DNA of 63,883 nucleotides, the filler included, from Octopus bimaculoides (Eukaryota), in assembly GCF_001194135.2 (NCBI RefSeq). It is 6 parts of 6 records of this genome, joined end to end, with 100 filler letters (N's around TTAATTAATTAA, not from the genome) between each part and the next. Parts side by side here need not be neighbours in the genome. Positions count along the whole stretch, not along the records: positions 16,721 to 42,134 come from NC_068982.1; positions 42,235 to 51,361 come from NC_068983.1; 4 more parts are not named here. One strand, given 5' to 3'. A program made the position numbers and the translations under genes. Numbering within the stretch: the stretch's first letter is position 1; each line of letters starts with the position of its first letter. Below, one piece after another: positions 36,955 through 49,451 of this stretch. The notes under the pieces are model-generated. The model was not told the origin of the DNA, did not search any database, and worked only from the letters and a program-made list of their open reading frames with translations.

Positions 36955-38016
36955 CACACATATGTATGTGTTTGTCTATGTGAATGCACGGGAGTCTACA
37001 TGTAATTTTAACCTCTGCTTCACTTGACTGTTCTTCTGAATATAACGTAAAAAGAGCAGTGTTTAAGTTGAAACATTAGTCCACTTTGTCAGACGACTAA
37101 AACGTGTGATAATTTTACAAAATGCTTGTGTTTATACTTTGGTTGCAGACATCTTATATATTTCTATGAAGGTCTTGGGGTGTTTGTTCGGGTTTATCTC
37201 GCTTTACAAACCGCGTTGTTGACGAAACACCATATCTCACAGTGAATAAATATATTCAAGAAAGCTTGCCTGTAAATGACATATCATCTTCGTTTACAGC
37301 ACCCAGCCTCACCCTAACCACCACTACCACCATCATTAGCAACAGCATCGCTATTTCCAACAACAACAACAACAACAAAACATTATTGTAAAAATAACAA
37401 CACCGATGACATCAGAAGCAGAACTAATTCCATCGCCAGTACATACATACTAATAGCGACTGTAACACGACATGTAACAATTTGCTTCGCATTAAAATAC
37501 CGTTTTCACCATAAACGATAACAATAACATTAAAAATAAATAAGACAATTACGCCGTGAATGCCAATGTATTGTACCTACAACCATCATGAATACCATCA
37601 CTTCCACCTCCGTAACCACTAATACAAACAACAAATGAGAAGGCTTTTGTTTGATCGCTTAATGCTAGACATAGCAACTAAATATCCTTCGGGGAAAGTT
37701 TAATGACAGTTGCTTCTGAGAGAACCCCGTGAATGAGGTACTTGAGGACTCTACTTCACACGACCCCGTCCTAGGAATAATGGGTGTAGAAGATTGATGA
37801 TGGATGAATGGTTCTCCTTCGAATTACACCCTGCATTAACGCTATCTGAGGTATACTTTATCTTAAAGAAACGAAACAAAATACGACATGGTCATAGCTA
37901 AAACAGCCTTTGATTATAGCTTTGCTTGATCAGAGCTAGTCTAGAGCTTGACGGTGACTACAATATGAGCCTCGATTTTGTTTGCAATAGCCGCCATTTT
38001 TTCCTCAAAATATTAT

Positions 38017-38219
38017 ATTGGTTTCAAATTTTAGCACAAGGCCGCCGATTTAGTGGGAAGTTGGAAAGTCGATTACATCGACTGCAGTGCTCAGCTGGCG
38101 CTTATTTTATCGACCCTGAAAGTCGACCTCGGCGAAATTTGTACTCATTGTAAAGACGAACGAAATGCCGGCAAGCATTTCGCCCGGCGTGCTGACGACT
38201 CAACCAGCTCGCCGCCTTA
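38017..38219 (-). mobile_element. Near full-length SINE type A
   Basis: Reverse complement aaggcggcgagctggttgagtcgtcagcacgccgggcgaaatgc..gaggtcgactttcagggtcgataaaataag..ggccttgtgctaaaatttgaaacc. Further copies at ~16330-16470, 18540-18840, 32800-32995, 38465-38830, 41745-41885, 51884-52075 and 61430-61600. Confidence 0.9.
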
Positions 38220-38303
38220 AAAGCGGAATAATATATTTAATAATATAATGTTCGACACCCTAAATGACGAGATAGTCATAGATGGAATACCTTTTCATAT
38301 TAT

Positions 38304-38352
<49 letters not shown>

Positions 38353-40855
38353 TACATACATACATTGATCCTATATTTTTCTGTTCAATTTTTTTATGGG
38401 GGTTAAAATATAAAACCTACAACAATAGAAGTATGATTCTTGCCACTAACAGAAGAATTAGCTTTAATTTCTGGGTTCAAATTCCGCCGAGGTCAACTTT
38501 TCTTTTCTTCCTTTCGGGATCGATGTCATAAGTATCAGTTAATATTGGGGTCAATGTAATCGAACCACTCTTTCTCTCTCTCCCCCAAAATGTCAGGCCT
38601 TAGGCCTACAGTAGGAAGGATGAACTGAAGAGTTAATATATCTTTCTCTCATAAGCATAGAGCAATGCTTTTTGGAAAAGGTGTGCACTAGTTCTTCATT
38701 TTATCTCTACCCAGAATGGAATGGTGAAAGGAAAAAGTATCCCGGCTGAATTCGAACTCACTATGTGAAAGAACTCAACTAAATACCACAAGGCATTTTT
38801 TCTGATGTTCTGACGTGTATGCCCAAACGTGCCCTAGTAATAGCATTGATATAGCTACTCCCAAACCCTATCACTACCATCCCAACAATAAAAAAAAACT
38901 CATAAAACTATCGACACATGTGAAAGGTAGTAAGAAGTTCCTTCTTTATGTGTAGTCACCAGCTTTGATCTTTAAGTCAACATATTTATTACTACTGTCA
39001 TCTCAATGTTACTCCTGTGTTTTCCGACGTGTCAATCACTTAAATAAAATAAACCTGTAACTAGTAAATTCTTCAACGCGTCAAATGTGTTTAAATTGTA
39101 AGTTGTAACACGAGCTGCTACTCTTTCAGATATATAAATAATATTGCTGGTATTGAATTATACAGACGAGAAAAAACGGCACGAAGTAAGCTTTAGCAAA
39201 AAAAATAATAAATAAACAGAAAGAAGGACCGTGCTTTTCCCCAGATTTGTGCTTGAATCTTGTAGTTTCAATCAGTCCTGAAAATAAGGATGTAATCGAT
39301 TAAATATCTTTAAATCGAGTCAGAAACTCAACGCAGAGATCACGTTCTAATGTTTTGGCTCTTGCCATATTACGCTATTGCTGTTTATTTTTTAACTCGT
39401 GTGTTATGAAAGGTTAGATCCAATTTGACTAAATTCTATATTCCAGTAGACCAATAAATCCCTCATCATTCAAAGCGACTGTTTTACTTGTTTACCACCA
39501 ACAAATTGTATCGCTGTGTTTCTTAAACAAAATGCCGTCATCTTAAAAAAATGTGTCAAATAAAACAATTTTATTTATATGGTTCGAGTTTCCACAGTTT
39601 TGCTTTTTACATACGTGCGTGCGTATCTGTGTATGTAAGTGCACGCGCGCGCACGTGTACGTGTGTGCGTGCGGTCTAGTCAAATAAGTAAATGAAGCTC
39701 CAATGACACTTTTAGAACCTCCGACACTGATGGTAGGAAAGGGAATAAGAAAACACAGCTAACCACTACCAATACCATCACCAGCAAATAACTACAGCAA
39801 CAACAATTGCAACAAACTAATGAGGGCCTCTCTGCTTGCTAGAAATAGTTAGCGAATTCAATTTACTATATTTAAGTATATCCATCGTCTTAACAAAAGA
39901 TTTGAAGAACGGTCGTGATGTGAACGCATCTGATAACAGAACTATTTAATCAGAACAGGCTTAAAGCTGAACAACAACATTATTAGCAAGAATATCGGTT
40001 TCAGATTTTGGCACAAGGCCAGCAAGTTCATGGTAGGAAACTAAATCGATTACATCGACCCCAGTGCTCGACTGATACCAGCGAAAGTGGGCACCAGAGA
40101 GTGGTCCTTGGAACCATCAAGTGAGAAACGAGGAGTTGGATGAGGACCAGTAATTCCTGTCCACCTGACCATCACTGGCAAGGTGCAGCTGCCAGATTCG
40201 AAAGGTACACCTTTATTCAGTGACCCTACACCACCCCACATCTAAATGTGGTGGCGGGCATCTTTGTTTACTAGGATGGATTTGTTCGACTAAACTTGTC
40301 GAAGTGGTGCCCCAAGCATAACAGCAGTCCAGTGACTGAAACAAGTAAAAGAATAAAAGAATTTGATAAATGTAGCATCGGATTTCATCATTGATCCACG
40401 CTCAAATTAAGGAAGATACAATTATTTAACTTGGCGGTTTCTAATTTTGATAACGCTTATTTTCGCGGCAGAAGAAAATTTGATAAATTGTTTATTTCTA
40501 AATAATATCAAGCGAGCTTAAATAATAGAATTAAAATTTATGCTTCACTGGCATAACTAATGATAAGAGAATTATATTCCCTTTATCATCTCGCTTTATC
40601 ATCTTGCTTCATACGGTAAATAAAGCGTCCACATAACTTAAAATAGATGAAAGAAAACATGTCTTTTATGACAAAAATTCTGTAGATAAACCCTTTTCTT
40701 TTAGGTTGATTTTTGAAAAGATGTTAAATGCAATTTCAAATTTTGTTCTTCCGTCTTTAATACGACACAAATTACATTACAACCTTTTTGTTACCATACC
40801 GTATTATTTTATTGTTTGTCGAAAACGTCGTTATAGTATAAATTGCTAACATATA

Positions 40856-41232
40856 GGCGCAGGCGTGGCTGTGTAGTAAGAAGCTTGCTTCCCAACCACA
40901 TGGTTCCAGGTTCAGTCCCACTACATGGCACCTTGGGCAAGTGTCTTCTACTATAGCCACGGGCCGACCAAAACCTTATGATTGGATTTGGTAGACGGAA
41001 ACTGAAAAGAAGCCCGTCTGTGTTTGTCCCCCTATCGCCGCTTGACAACTGGTGTTGGTGCATTCATGTTCCGGTAAACTAGCCGTTTGGCAAAAAAGCG
41101 ACCGATACATTAAGTACCAGACTAAAAAAAGAAAGAATAAATACTAGGGCCGATTCATTCGACCAAAAGCTATTCAAGGCAATGTACCAGCATGGCCGCG
41201 GTCTAATGACTGAAACAAGGATTAAAAAAAAA
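40856..41232 (+). mobile_element. Full-length SINE type B lacking the internal microsatellite
   Basis: ggcgcaggcgtggctgtgtagtaag..ggttccaggttcagtccc (tRNA-like A/B boxes), ccttgggcaagtgtctt central domain, 3' end ccagcatggccgc..gactgaaacaag plus A-rich tail. Confidence 0.92.
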
Positions 41233-41705
41233 GAAAATACGTTCAACAAAGCTCTCTTTGTCCAACTCTTTTTGATAACCTCTGATTTTGTGCACCCATT
41301 ATTTTACGCATTCATTATTTTGTGGACCATTTATTTTCTCAATTTCGCCCTATTATCCTATTAACTATAATTTATATTTCAAATAACATGTCACGTTACA
41401 AAGAAACACAATCCATTCACCAAATGCTTTTGCACTTAAGTATTTACACATTAATTTAAACCGTATACATGTGTTTCAATATACACACGTGCATACGCAC
41501 ACGCACGCACGGACACTCACATGTATGTATGTATGTATTATTTATGTATGTATGTGCGTTGGTACGTACATGCTTTGCCGTTATCTCTGAACTATAGTGA
41601 CGTTGCTATAGGAGCAACGTCACCACGTACGGCATGTTGTGCCCTGGGCCTTCTAGAACATGGTGGAGCCCATCCCTCAGCAGATCAGTTGCAACCGATT
41701 TCTTC

Positions 41706-41737
<32 letters not shown>

Positions 41738-42539
41738 AATAATGAAGTCGACACTGCAGAATCAGTACTTTATCTGTCCCAAAAGAATGTAAAGCAAAGT
41801 TGACCTCAGCAGGATTTCGCAACAAGCCTAAACGATTACCGAAAAGCTCAGTTCGACGTTCTAACAATTCTGCAAATTGGCCGCCATATGTATATGCATA
41901 CATACATGCGTGTGTGCGCGCACGTATATCTATGTGTGTGCATGTATGTATATATGTATACTTGTATGTATTCATATATATATGTCTGTGTTCTTTTTTT
42001 AAAACTAGACTTTACTACTCACATGAAATTGCTCACATACCCACAAAAACCATCAATTCTACAAGTACAAAATGTTACTTTTGTAACGTACAGGAAAATG
42101 CATAAGTTCAAACTTGGACTGTGAAAAAATAGGCNNNNNNNNNNNNNNNNNNNNNNNNNNNNNNNNNNNNNNNNNNNNTTAATTAATTAANNNNNNNNNN
42201 NNNNNNNNNNNNNNNNNNNNNNNNNNNNNNNNNNATAAGAAAGTGTAGGTGGCATACGAGTGGGTATATATTTATAAAAAAGAAGTTGAAAACGCCAATA
42301 TATAAAAAATTTGAATTTTAATTTAGAATTTTGTCAGAGATATTTGTAACATGTTTCGGTTCTTGTAAAAACGAACCTTATCAAAAATACATATTTAAAA
42401 AAAAAATGAAATGAAATGAAGAGTTCATAATTGTTCCTTACTGGTGTCAATAGTCCACGTGGGGGCATTTTTTGTTGGTTGTAACAGTAGTAGTGACCCT
42501 GTTGGTAATGGTAAATGGCAGTGACATCTGTCCGTGTCA

Positions 42540-42790
42540 GTAGCAGTAGTTAATTGGTTGTAGTGGTAGGGGTGGAAGTAGCACAAGCAGCAGCAGCAGC
42601 AGCAGCAGCAGAGGCAGTAGCAGCAGTAGTAGAGACCAAAATAGCAGCAGTAGTAGTGACCGTTAAAACCGTAGCAGTAGTAGTGACCGTTATAACAGTA
42701 GCAGCAGCAGCAGCAGCAGCAGTAGTAGTGATAGTAGTAGCAGTGATTGTTAGTAGTGATCTTAATGGTAGTAGTAGTAGTGAGTGTAAT
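42540..42790. repeat. (CAG)n/(TAG)n microsatellite cluster
   Basis: Direct reading; explains the poly-A/V ORF. Confidence 0.95.
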
Positions 42791-42814
42791 AACTAATATA
42801 TGATTTTAATGTTA

Positions 42815-43550
42815 CTGGCTCAGGGTGTTTAAATTTGGCCCGAATTTTCTAATAAAATAAGATCTTTGTTTTGACGTTGGGTGAAAGTTGTGTTGTCATT
42901 AAATTGGTAAAGTGGGAAGGTCGTAAACTCTGGATTTTTATTCGGTGTACATCTTTCTATGTGGTCGCTGACAGGTATTTTTCTGTATTCAGGATTTGGG
43001 ATTTATGTAATGCCATCCTTTTTCGTAGGCTGTTTTTTGTATGGCCTATATATTGCCTATTGCATCCTGCGCATGTTATTACATAAATTAGGTTTTCCGA
43101 TGCACAAGTGAAGTTTTTTTCTGATGATGAAATGATGGCCTTGTTCTAATATGTATTCCGAGCATTCCACTAAGATGGTACAAATCCCGCAGTTTGGCCT
43201 TCCACACTTTTTGACTGTTGGTTTTGTGGTTATTATTGTGTGCAGTTTAACCTGTGTTAAAATCTTCTTTAAGGATTTTGGCTGTCGTTTGCTTTTTATG
43301 ATGGATCTGAGGATCCGATTCATCGTTGGGTCTCCCTTGAGTAGGGCTGTGTTTTGGAGTATGGTATTGAATGCCTCGTTGTTTAGTGGGTTGTGTGTAG
43401 AGATGTAGGGTAGGGTTTTTTTATTTTTCCTCCCCTTTTGGTTTTGGTTGCCTTATGTCTTCTATATTCAGTTTAAGTGTTCGTTGGATTGCATTGTCTA
43501 TTAGGGGTTTTGGATAATTCCTATTTTTGAGTGTAGCTCTGAGTTCCTGG
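42815..43550 (-). mobile_element. Penelope-like element 3' coding fragment with GIY-YIG endonuclease
   Basis: LKNRNYP..TLPYISTHNP..KGDPTMNRIL..KRQPKSLKKILT..KKCGRPNCGICT (Zn knuckle); after a frameshift TCASENLIYVITCAGCNRQYIGHTKNSLRKRM (~43010-43108). Confidence 0.93.
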
Positions 43551-43589
43551 AGACGTGTGTGTCGGGTGTTTGTGTCTGATACTATGGTG

Positions 43590-43679
<90 letters not shown>

Positions 43680-44817
43680 GGAGGGAGGGAGAGGTAGACA
43701 AAAAAGACAGACTGACATTCAGATAGATAGATACATAGATAGATGTAGATAGATTATATAGATAAATATTGATTTCAGTGGGTGAGCATCTGAAAATATG
43801 TGGAAACGGCAGTTTTGAAATTCTAAAAATTCCCCAAAATGATCCAAAGTACCAGAAAGCTATGGAATTAACTAGGTTTTATATATTTTTAAACTTAAAC
43901 TAATCGTATAAAATACATTTATAAACGCTTAAAATTTTTGATGATAAAAAATTTGTCTCATGGTAACCGAATCAGTTTGCCACTGAATATTATCGTTTGT
44001 AACGTCTTAATTACTATTGCTGAAATAACTGGTCAAATGGAAACAAGTACATTTAACTAGACAACATACGACACACACTCACACACACATACACACACTT
44101 CAAAGACTATTTGACAGATTCTATTTTCTTCACCTGGGTAACCAGACAACTGACAAAAATATTGTCAGTTACACAATAACAAAAACATATTTGACTTTTT
44201 GATCTCTCATATATTTCAACTACCGCAGAGACACACATCTAACTTTTTTCATTTCTTCTCATGTCTTTCTTTCTGTCTTCTTTTTTCTCTCTAACAAAGC
44301 TTCCAAAAATCACCCACACACATATATACACATGCACATATAGACATAGATTAATACACACAAATATACATTCAAAATAAAGTATTTCTCAAAAACTCAC
44401 AAAACATCCTCTTTCCAAAGCCCAAGGAAGCAGACCGAATTCCATATATTTTCAAGTATCTCACATATATAGTCAGGTTATGATGTTTGCATAAATATAT
44501 CATTAAAGATCCATCTCAGAAAAGAGATGAGAACACAAATTAAATAATCTTTATACAAATTCTGACTATTTTTACTTAATATATAAAATCTGTACAACAC
44601 TTCATTCAAACAATCCAATGCGTATGCCTATGCATACACCCATCCATTAGTCCATACCTATATGCGAACACACACACACACACACATACACACTCACACA
44701 TGCACGCATATATAGAATACCTTGAGTGTATAGGTAGACTTACGACTGTTACTGCTTAGTTTAAAGCACCACGTAATCATAATCTTGTCTGTTTTATGCT
44801 ATTAGTGTAGTTAGTAG

Positions 44818-44987
44818 TATTACAACTATGATGTTCAGACTAAGCGTAGGAGCAATTACGATAATCACAGGTTTGTATCATTTGTTCCTACCTACGTTCC
44901 CATTTTGATTCGTTGGGACGCTGCATTGAATATTCAGAGTGCAGCTGTTCAAAGTGCATTCAGACGCTTAACCACAATAGATAATCG
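44818..44987 (+). other. Candidate 170-nt exon (unverified)
   Basis: ttagtAG | open frame YYNYDVQTKRRSNYDNHRFVSFVPTYVPILIRWDAALNIQSAAVQSAFRRLTTIDN-CG | GTGAGT. Polypyrimidine tract is poor and no homology is recognised. Confidence 0.25.
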
Positions 44988-47464
44988 GTGAGTACTATAT
45001 CCCATTATGAACTAATTTCTCTTGAGATTTTTTGTCTATAATATAATGCAAAATAGTGGATCTCGAACATTTGTTGTGGTGAAGAGTCCAATTGTCCTTG
45101 CAACATCCAGAGTATAGTTCCAAGCAAACATACGCGATCGGGAATTGTACGTAGGAACAAGGGATATACATACACATACATACGAAGAGAGAGCAAGAAA
45201 GAGAGATATGGTAATATATATACAATAGATAGATATGCATACAAGAATTGTTGCTTGTATGTGGATATCTGTATAAATATGGATTATATATATNNNNNNN
45301 NNNNNNNNNNNNNNNNNNNNNNNNNNNNNNNNNNNNNNNNNNNNNNNNNNNNNNNNNNNNNNNNNNNNNNNNNNNNNNNNNNNNNNNNNNNNNNNNNNNN
45401 NNNNNNNNNNNNNNNNNNNNNNNNNNNNNNNNNNNNNNNNNNNNNNNNNNNNNNNNNNNNNNNNNNNNNNNNNNNNNNCATACACATACATACATATATA
45501 AATATACATACACATACATACATATATAAATATACATACACATACATACATATATATATATACATAAATACATACATATATACATACATACATACATATA
45601 TATGAATACATACACACACACATGCACGCTGCACATACACATACATACAATTACCGAAATATAGTTTCGTATTTATATCACAACATAAAGACAACGTACT
45701 TTGATGTGAATATTGATTGCCTCATAATGTGATAGGTTTACATTGTCAGAAATATATTTGTTAAGATGTAGCTGTTATTGTTCATTGACCAAAAGAAAAC
45801 ATGGAATCAAATTGACAATAATTGAAAGAAAATTATGACTCACCACCGTATATTATTTCGCTGTGTTTCAACGAACAACTTTGCTTTTGTTAAACAGAAA
45901 TATGTGATTAATGGCCTTCCGTAATCGATAACAATTCATGATTGATTACTACTTCAATGTACGTATATTTTGATATATTCATGGCATTCTCTCGCATTGT
46001 TTCATTTATTACTTATTTTTGTTAATCTAAAATGATACACGTTTGAATTGTATAAATATATTGATGGCTTCCATTTTCTTGTCTTTACTTATTATTACGT
46101 TCAAGAGACATCATTTTCAATCACTGTCACTTTGATGTTTTTCATATTCATTATGACAACTGTCCAACTACATAGACATACAGACATATTTTTACATCAA
46201 TTTACTTTCTATGTATTTAAAAAGAAACTTTTATATTTTACTTTTTTTCTGTTTTACTGAATCTCAATGTATTTATGGCCAACTGCACATGATGAAGTGA
46301 TTGCTATGCAATGCGGGTATGAACTAGCCACAATAGAAAATAATTCCTTCCTGTCACCTGGTGAACCAATTTTATTCCTTTTAAATCATATATCCTACGT
46401 AGATTGGCATGGCTATTGTGAAAATCCGTGTCTTTCCCTTCATATTTGATTTGATTTGATTTTCAGCAAATACTTGCATATGATTTTTACACTTCTGTTC
46501 GAAACCATCAGTGCCACTTGATTACTGATGTTAAAATCAGTATCCTACACACACAGTTTACATGACCTGCAAAATTATTGTCACCAGAACGCGTTTATTT
46601 TATTTACCAAGAGAATATACTTAGCCCCAAATCAGTCACTGTTATACCTACTAATTTAATGCCACACGATTGCAATTAGGCTTTTCAAATTTAGACAATT
46701 ATATTGCAATTTTATATAACAAAAATAGATTCTCGGCGAATTGAATTCGCTGTTTCAAATTACATGAACTGAATCTTGTTAATATTGACTTACGTACTTC
46801 TGAAACTGAGCTAGGTTATCATGCGTGACAGTTCCATATAATCAGTGAAATCTCCGTTAAAGGTAACTAAAACAGTATCTTCAACAATGTACGTTCGGTG
46901 GATTCTTCTACAGCAATTACTGAACAAAATTCGTTGCTCTATAGGCTAAGGACTAGCATGATCATATAGATTTATTTATTTCGTTACATCAAAAGATACA
47001 AGGTTCTCTGATTTTATGCATGATTTTCCAGTTACATAATTTCCAATATTATACACGACATTTTTAAAGTAGCCTTATGTAATTTGATATTGTACATTTG
47101 ACTGACTTTGCTGACTAAGCATATAAGTTATCTGTCGAAACAACAATTTGCAATGTTTTTTTCTTTCTTTTTTCTGATGTTCAGTGAATCCAAAGAATAA
47201 TATTACGTTTGACATCATTGTCATTCTGTAAATGAACGCAAATTATTTGAACAGCTCTTTGACACCTTGCAATTGTAGCCTGGCGGCAATTTACCTCTTA
47301 TATATGACATTGAAAACTAATATATGTTTTAAGGATTTGCTATATTGCCATAAGATTTGAAGAAAACTAATTATATTTAGAGATGTAGTGTTTTCTTGGT
47401 TAGTCGCATTAGTTTATAATTGTTCTATCGACTCCAAAAGAGTATGAGTTAAACTTCATTTCAG

Positions 47465-47503
47465 GAAATCGACCAGCGAATTCGTACATTACAATTGCAA
47501 ACT
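47465..47503 (+). other. Candidate 39-nt exon (unverified)
   Basis: cttcatttcAG | GAAATCGACCAGCGAATTCGTACATTACAATTGCAAACT | GTGAGT; open in all phases (phase 0: EIDQRIRTLQLQT). Confidence 0.3.
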
Positions 47504-48894
47504 GTGAGTGGAACAGTAAAAATATGCAAGACTTTTCTCAAGTTCCAAATGTGAATTTGTCACTGTTAACTACATCCCTAAAATGGAGCCTTGCATGTTT
47601 GTTGGAAATCGGCTCCCTTCTCAGTAGAAGATTTATAATAATTAAAAAATAGAATAGACAGGCATACATACATTCAGACACATGCATAAATACATACGTA
47701 CAAATATATTAAATGAGAGAAAGAAAGAGATACATGGTTTCATATATACATGACATCTGCCCAAAACTAATGAAACGTATTTACGTCTTGAAACGTTATT
47801 AACTTCTACCATTCTACCTCATTTTCAGTTTCATTCGTCTTCCTGTCTGTTACCCTTTTTTACTTTCCTTTCACTTTTTTCTTCCTCTCAGCAAGCCTCC
47901 AGAAATTCACTACACAGAGATACTTACACGTACATACAAACATACATACACACATTTATACACTTACATACGAATTGAAAATAGCAGAAAATAATCTCCA
48001 CCACATTCAACTTCAGAATTTTTCAACTAACTCATGTGTAAATAAAAAGCATAGATTTGCAGCAAATATAGGATTTCTGAGGTTTCTCACAAAAGAGATG
48101 AGGACACTAAATAAGTGATTAACCATAATTCTGATTTCATCCCTTTTCTTAATATACAGAATCTGTAAATCACTTCAAACAATGCAATAAATCCATACAT
48201 AAATATATGAGTGTGTGAGTGTGCATGTGCCTGTGTGTGTGAGTGTGTGCGTATGTGTGTGTGAGTGTGTATGTTTGTGTGTGAGAAGGCATTGGCCTAG
48301 TGGTTAGGGTATTGCGCTTCTGATCATAATTTTAAAGATATTCACACAAAATAAGAATGCATTTTCGTCTTATATTGCAGTTAATTACACGATGGGATTT
48401 TATTACAACGAAATAATTTCAAAATACAATAATCTGCATTGAAAAATATATTATCACAATCAAATTTATTAAAACCGCCTTATTGTATATTGTAAAATGT
48501 ATTGTCTAAAACTCATTACTACAATCAAATCATTTCAAGATTATGCATTCCAAATACAATTTCTACAATCAAATTACTTGAAATTATATTACTAAACATC
48601 CCAAGACCCATAAGAACAAATATACATTATAAAATATTCCAGAATTCCTAATTATATACCGTTTTCACTTCCTATAAACATTCTTTGCAATATATATGTT
48701 TAAGGGCCTGTTTTTTGTCTTCATTTAACATTTTGAGCTCCAACCAGAAGCAGTCTCGATATAGAATGAGAAAAGATGGCAAGTACTGCTAGACACGTTA
48801 CAGAACCCATATTTTGTAGAGCCGTAAACAGTTGTACTTTAAGTATTCAAAATCATATGCGAAGTATATTTTATGAATAGGTATCAACGACTAT

Positions 48895-49087
48895 GGGGAG
48901 GCGCGTGGCTTAGTGGTTAGAGTGTCAGCATCATGATCTTAAGATTGTGGTTCCGATTCCTAGAACGGGTGACACGTTGTGTTCTTGAGCAAAGCACTTC
49001 ATTCCACGTTGCTCCAGTCTACTCAGGTGGCAAAAATCAGTAACGCTTGCAATGGACTGGCGTCCCGTCCAGCTGGGGAACGCAACC
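48895..49087 (+). mobile_element. tRNA-derived SINE type C
   Basis: ggggaggcgcgtggcttagtggttagag..ggttccgattcc..cgttgtgttcttgagcaaagcacttca..gcaatggactggcgtcccgtccag. Confidence 0.87.
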
Positions 49088-49374
49088 GGTTACTAATTTT
49101 GTAGTTTGGAACAGTTAATTGTGTATTTTTGTAATTATTTGATATACAGTGGGAAATAATTTTGATTTTAAATTAGAAAATGTATCTGAAAATAAAAAGT
49201 GTGATTTCGAATAAGTTATCTTCAGTTGATTTGACTCTAGATAAGGTATGATTCATATTTTGCGATATCTCATGATGTACATTCATAAATATTATATTTT
49301 GAACAGGTTTGTCATAATATTTTTTGCAATAAATTAACTGCATTGAAAACAGAGTGGCAGGTTTCATATTGGCA

Positions 49375-49451
<77 letters not shown>

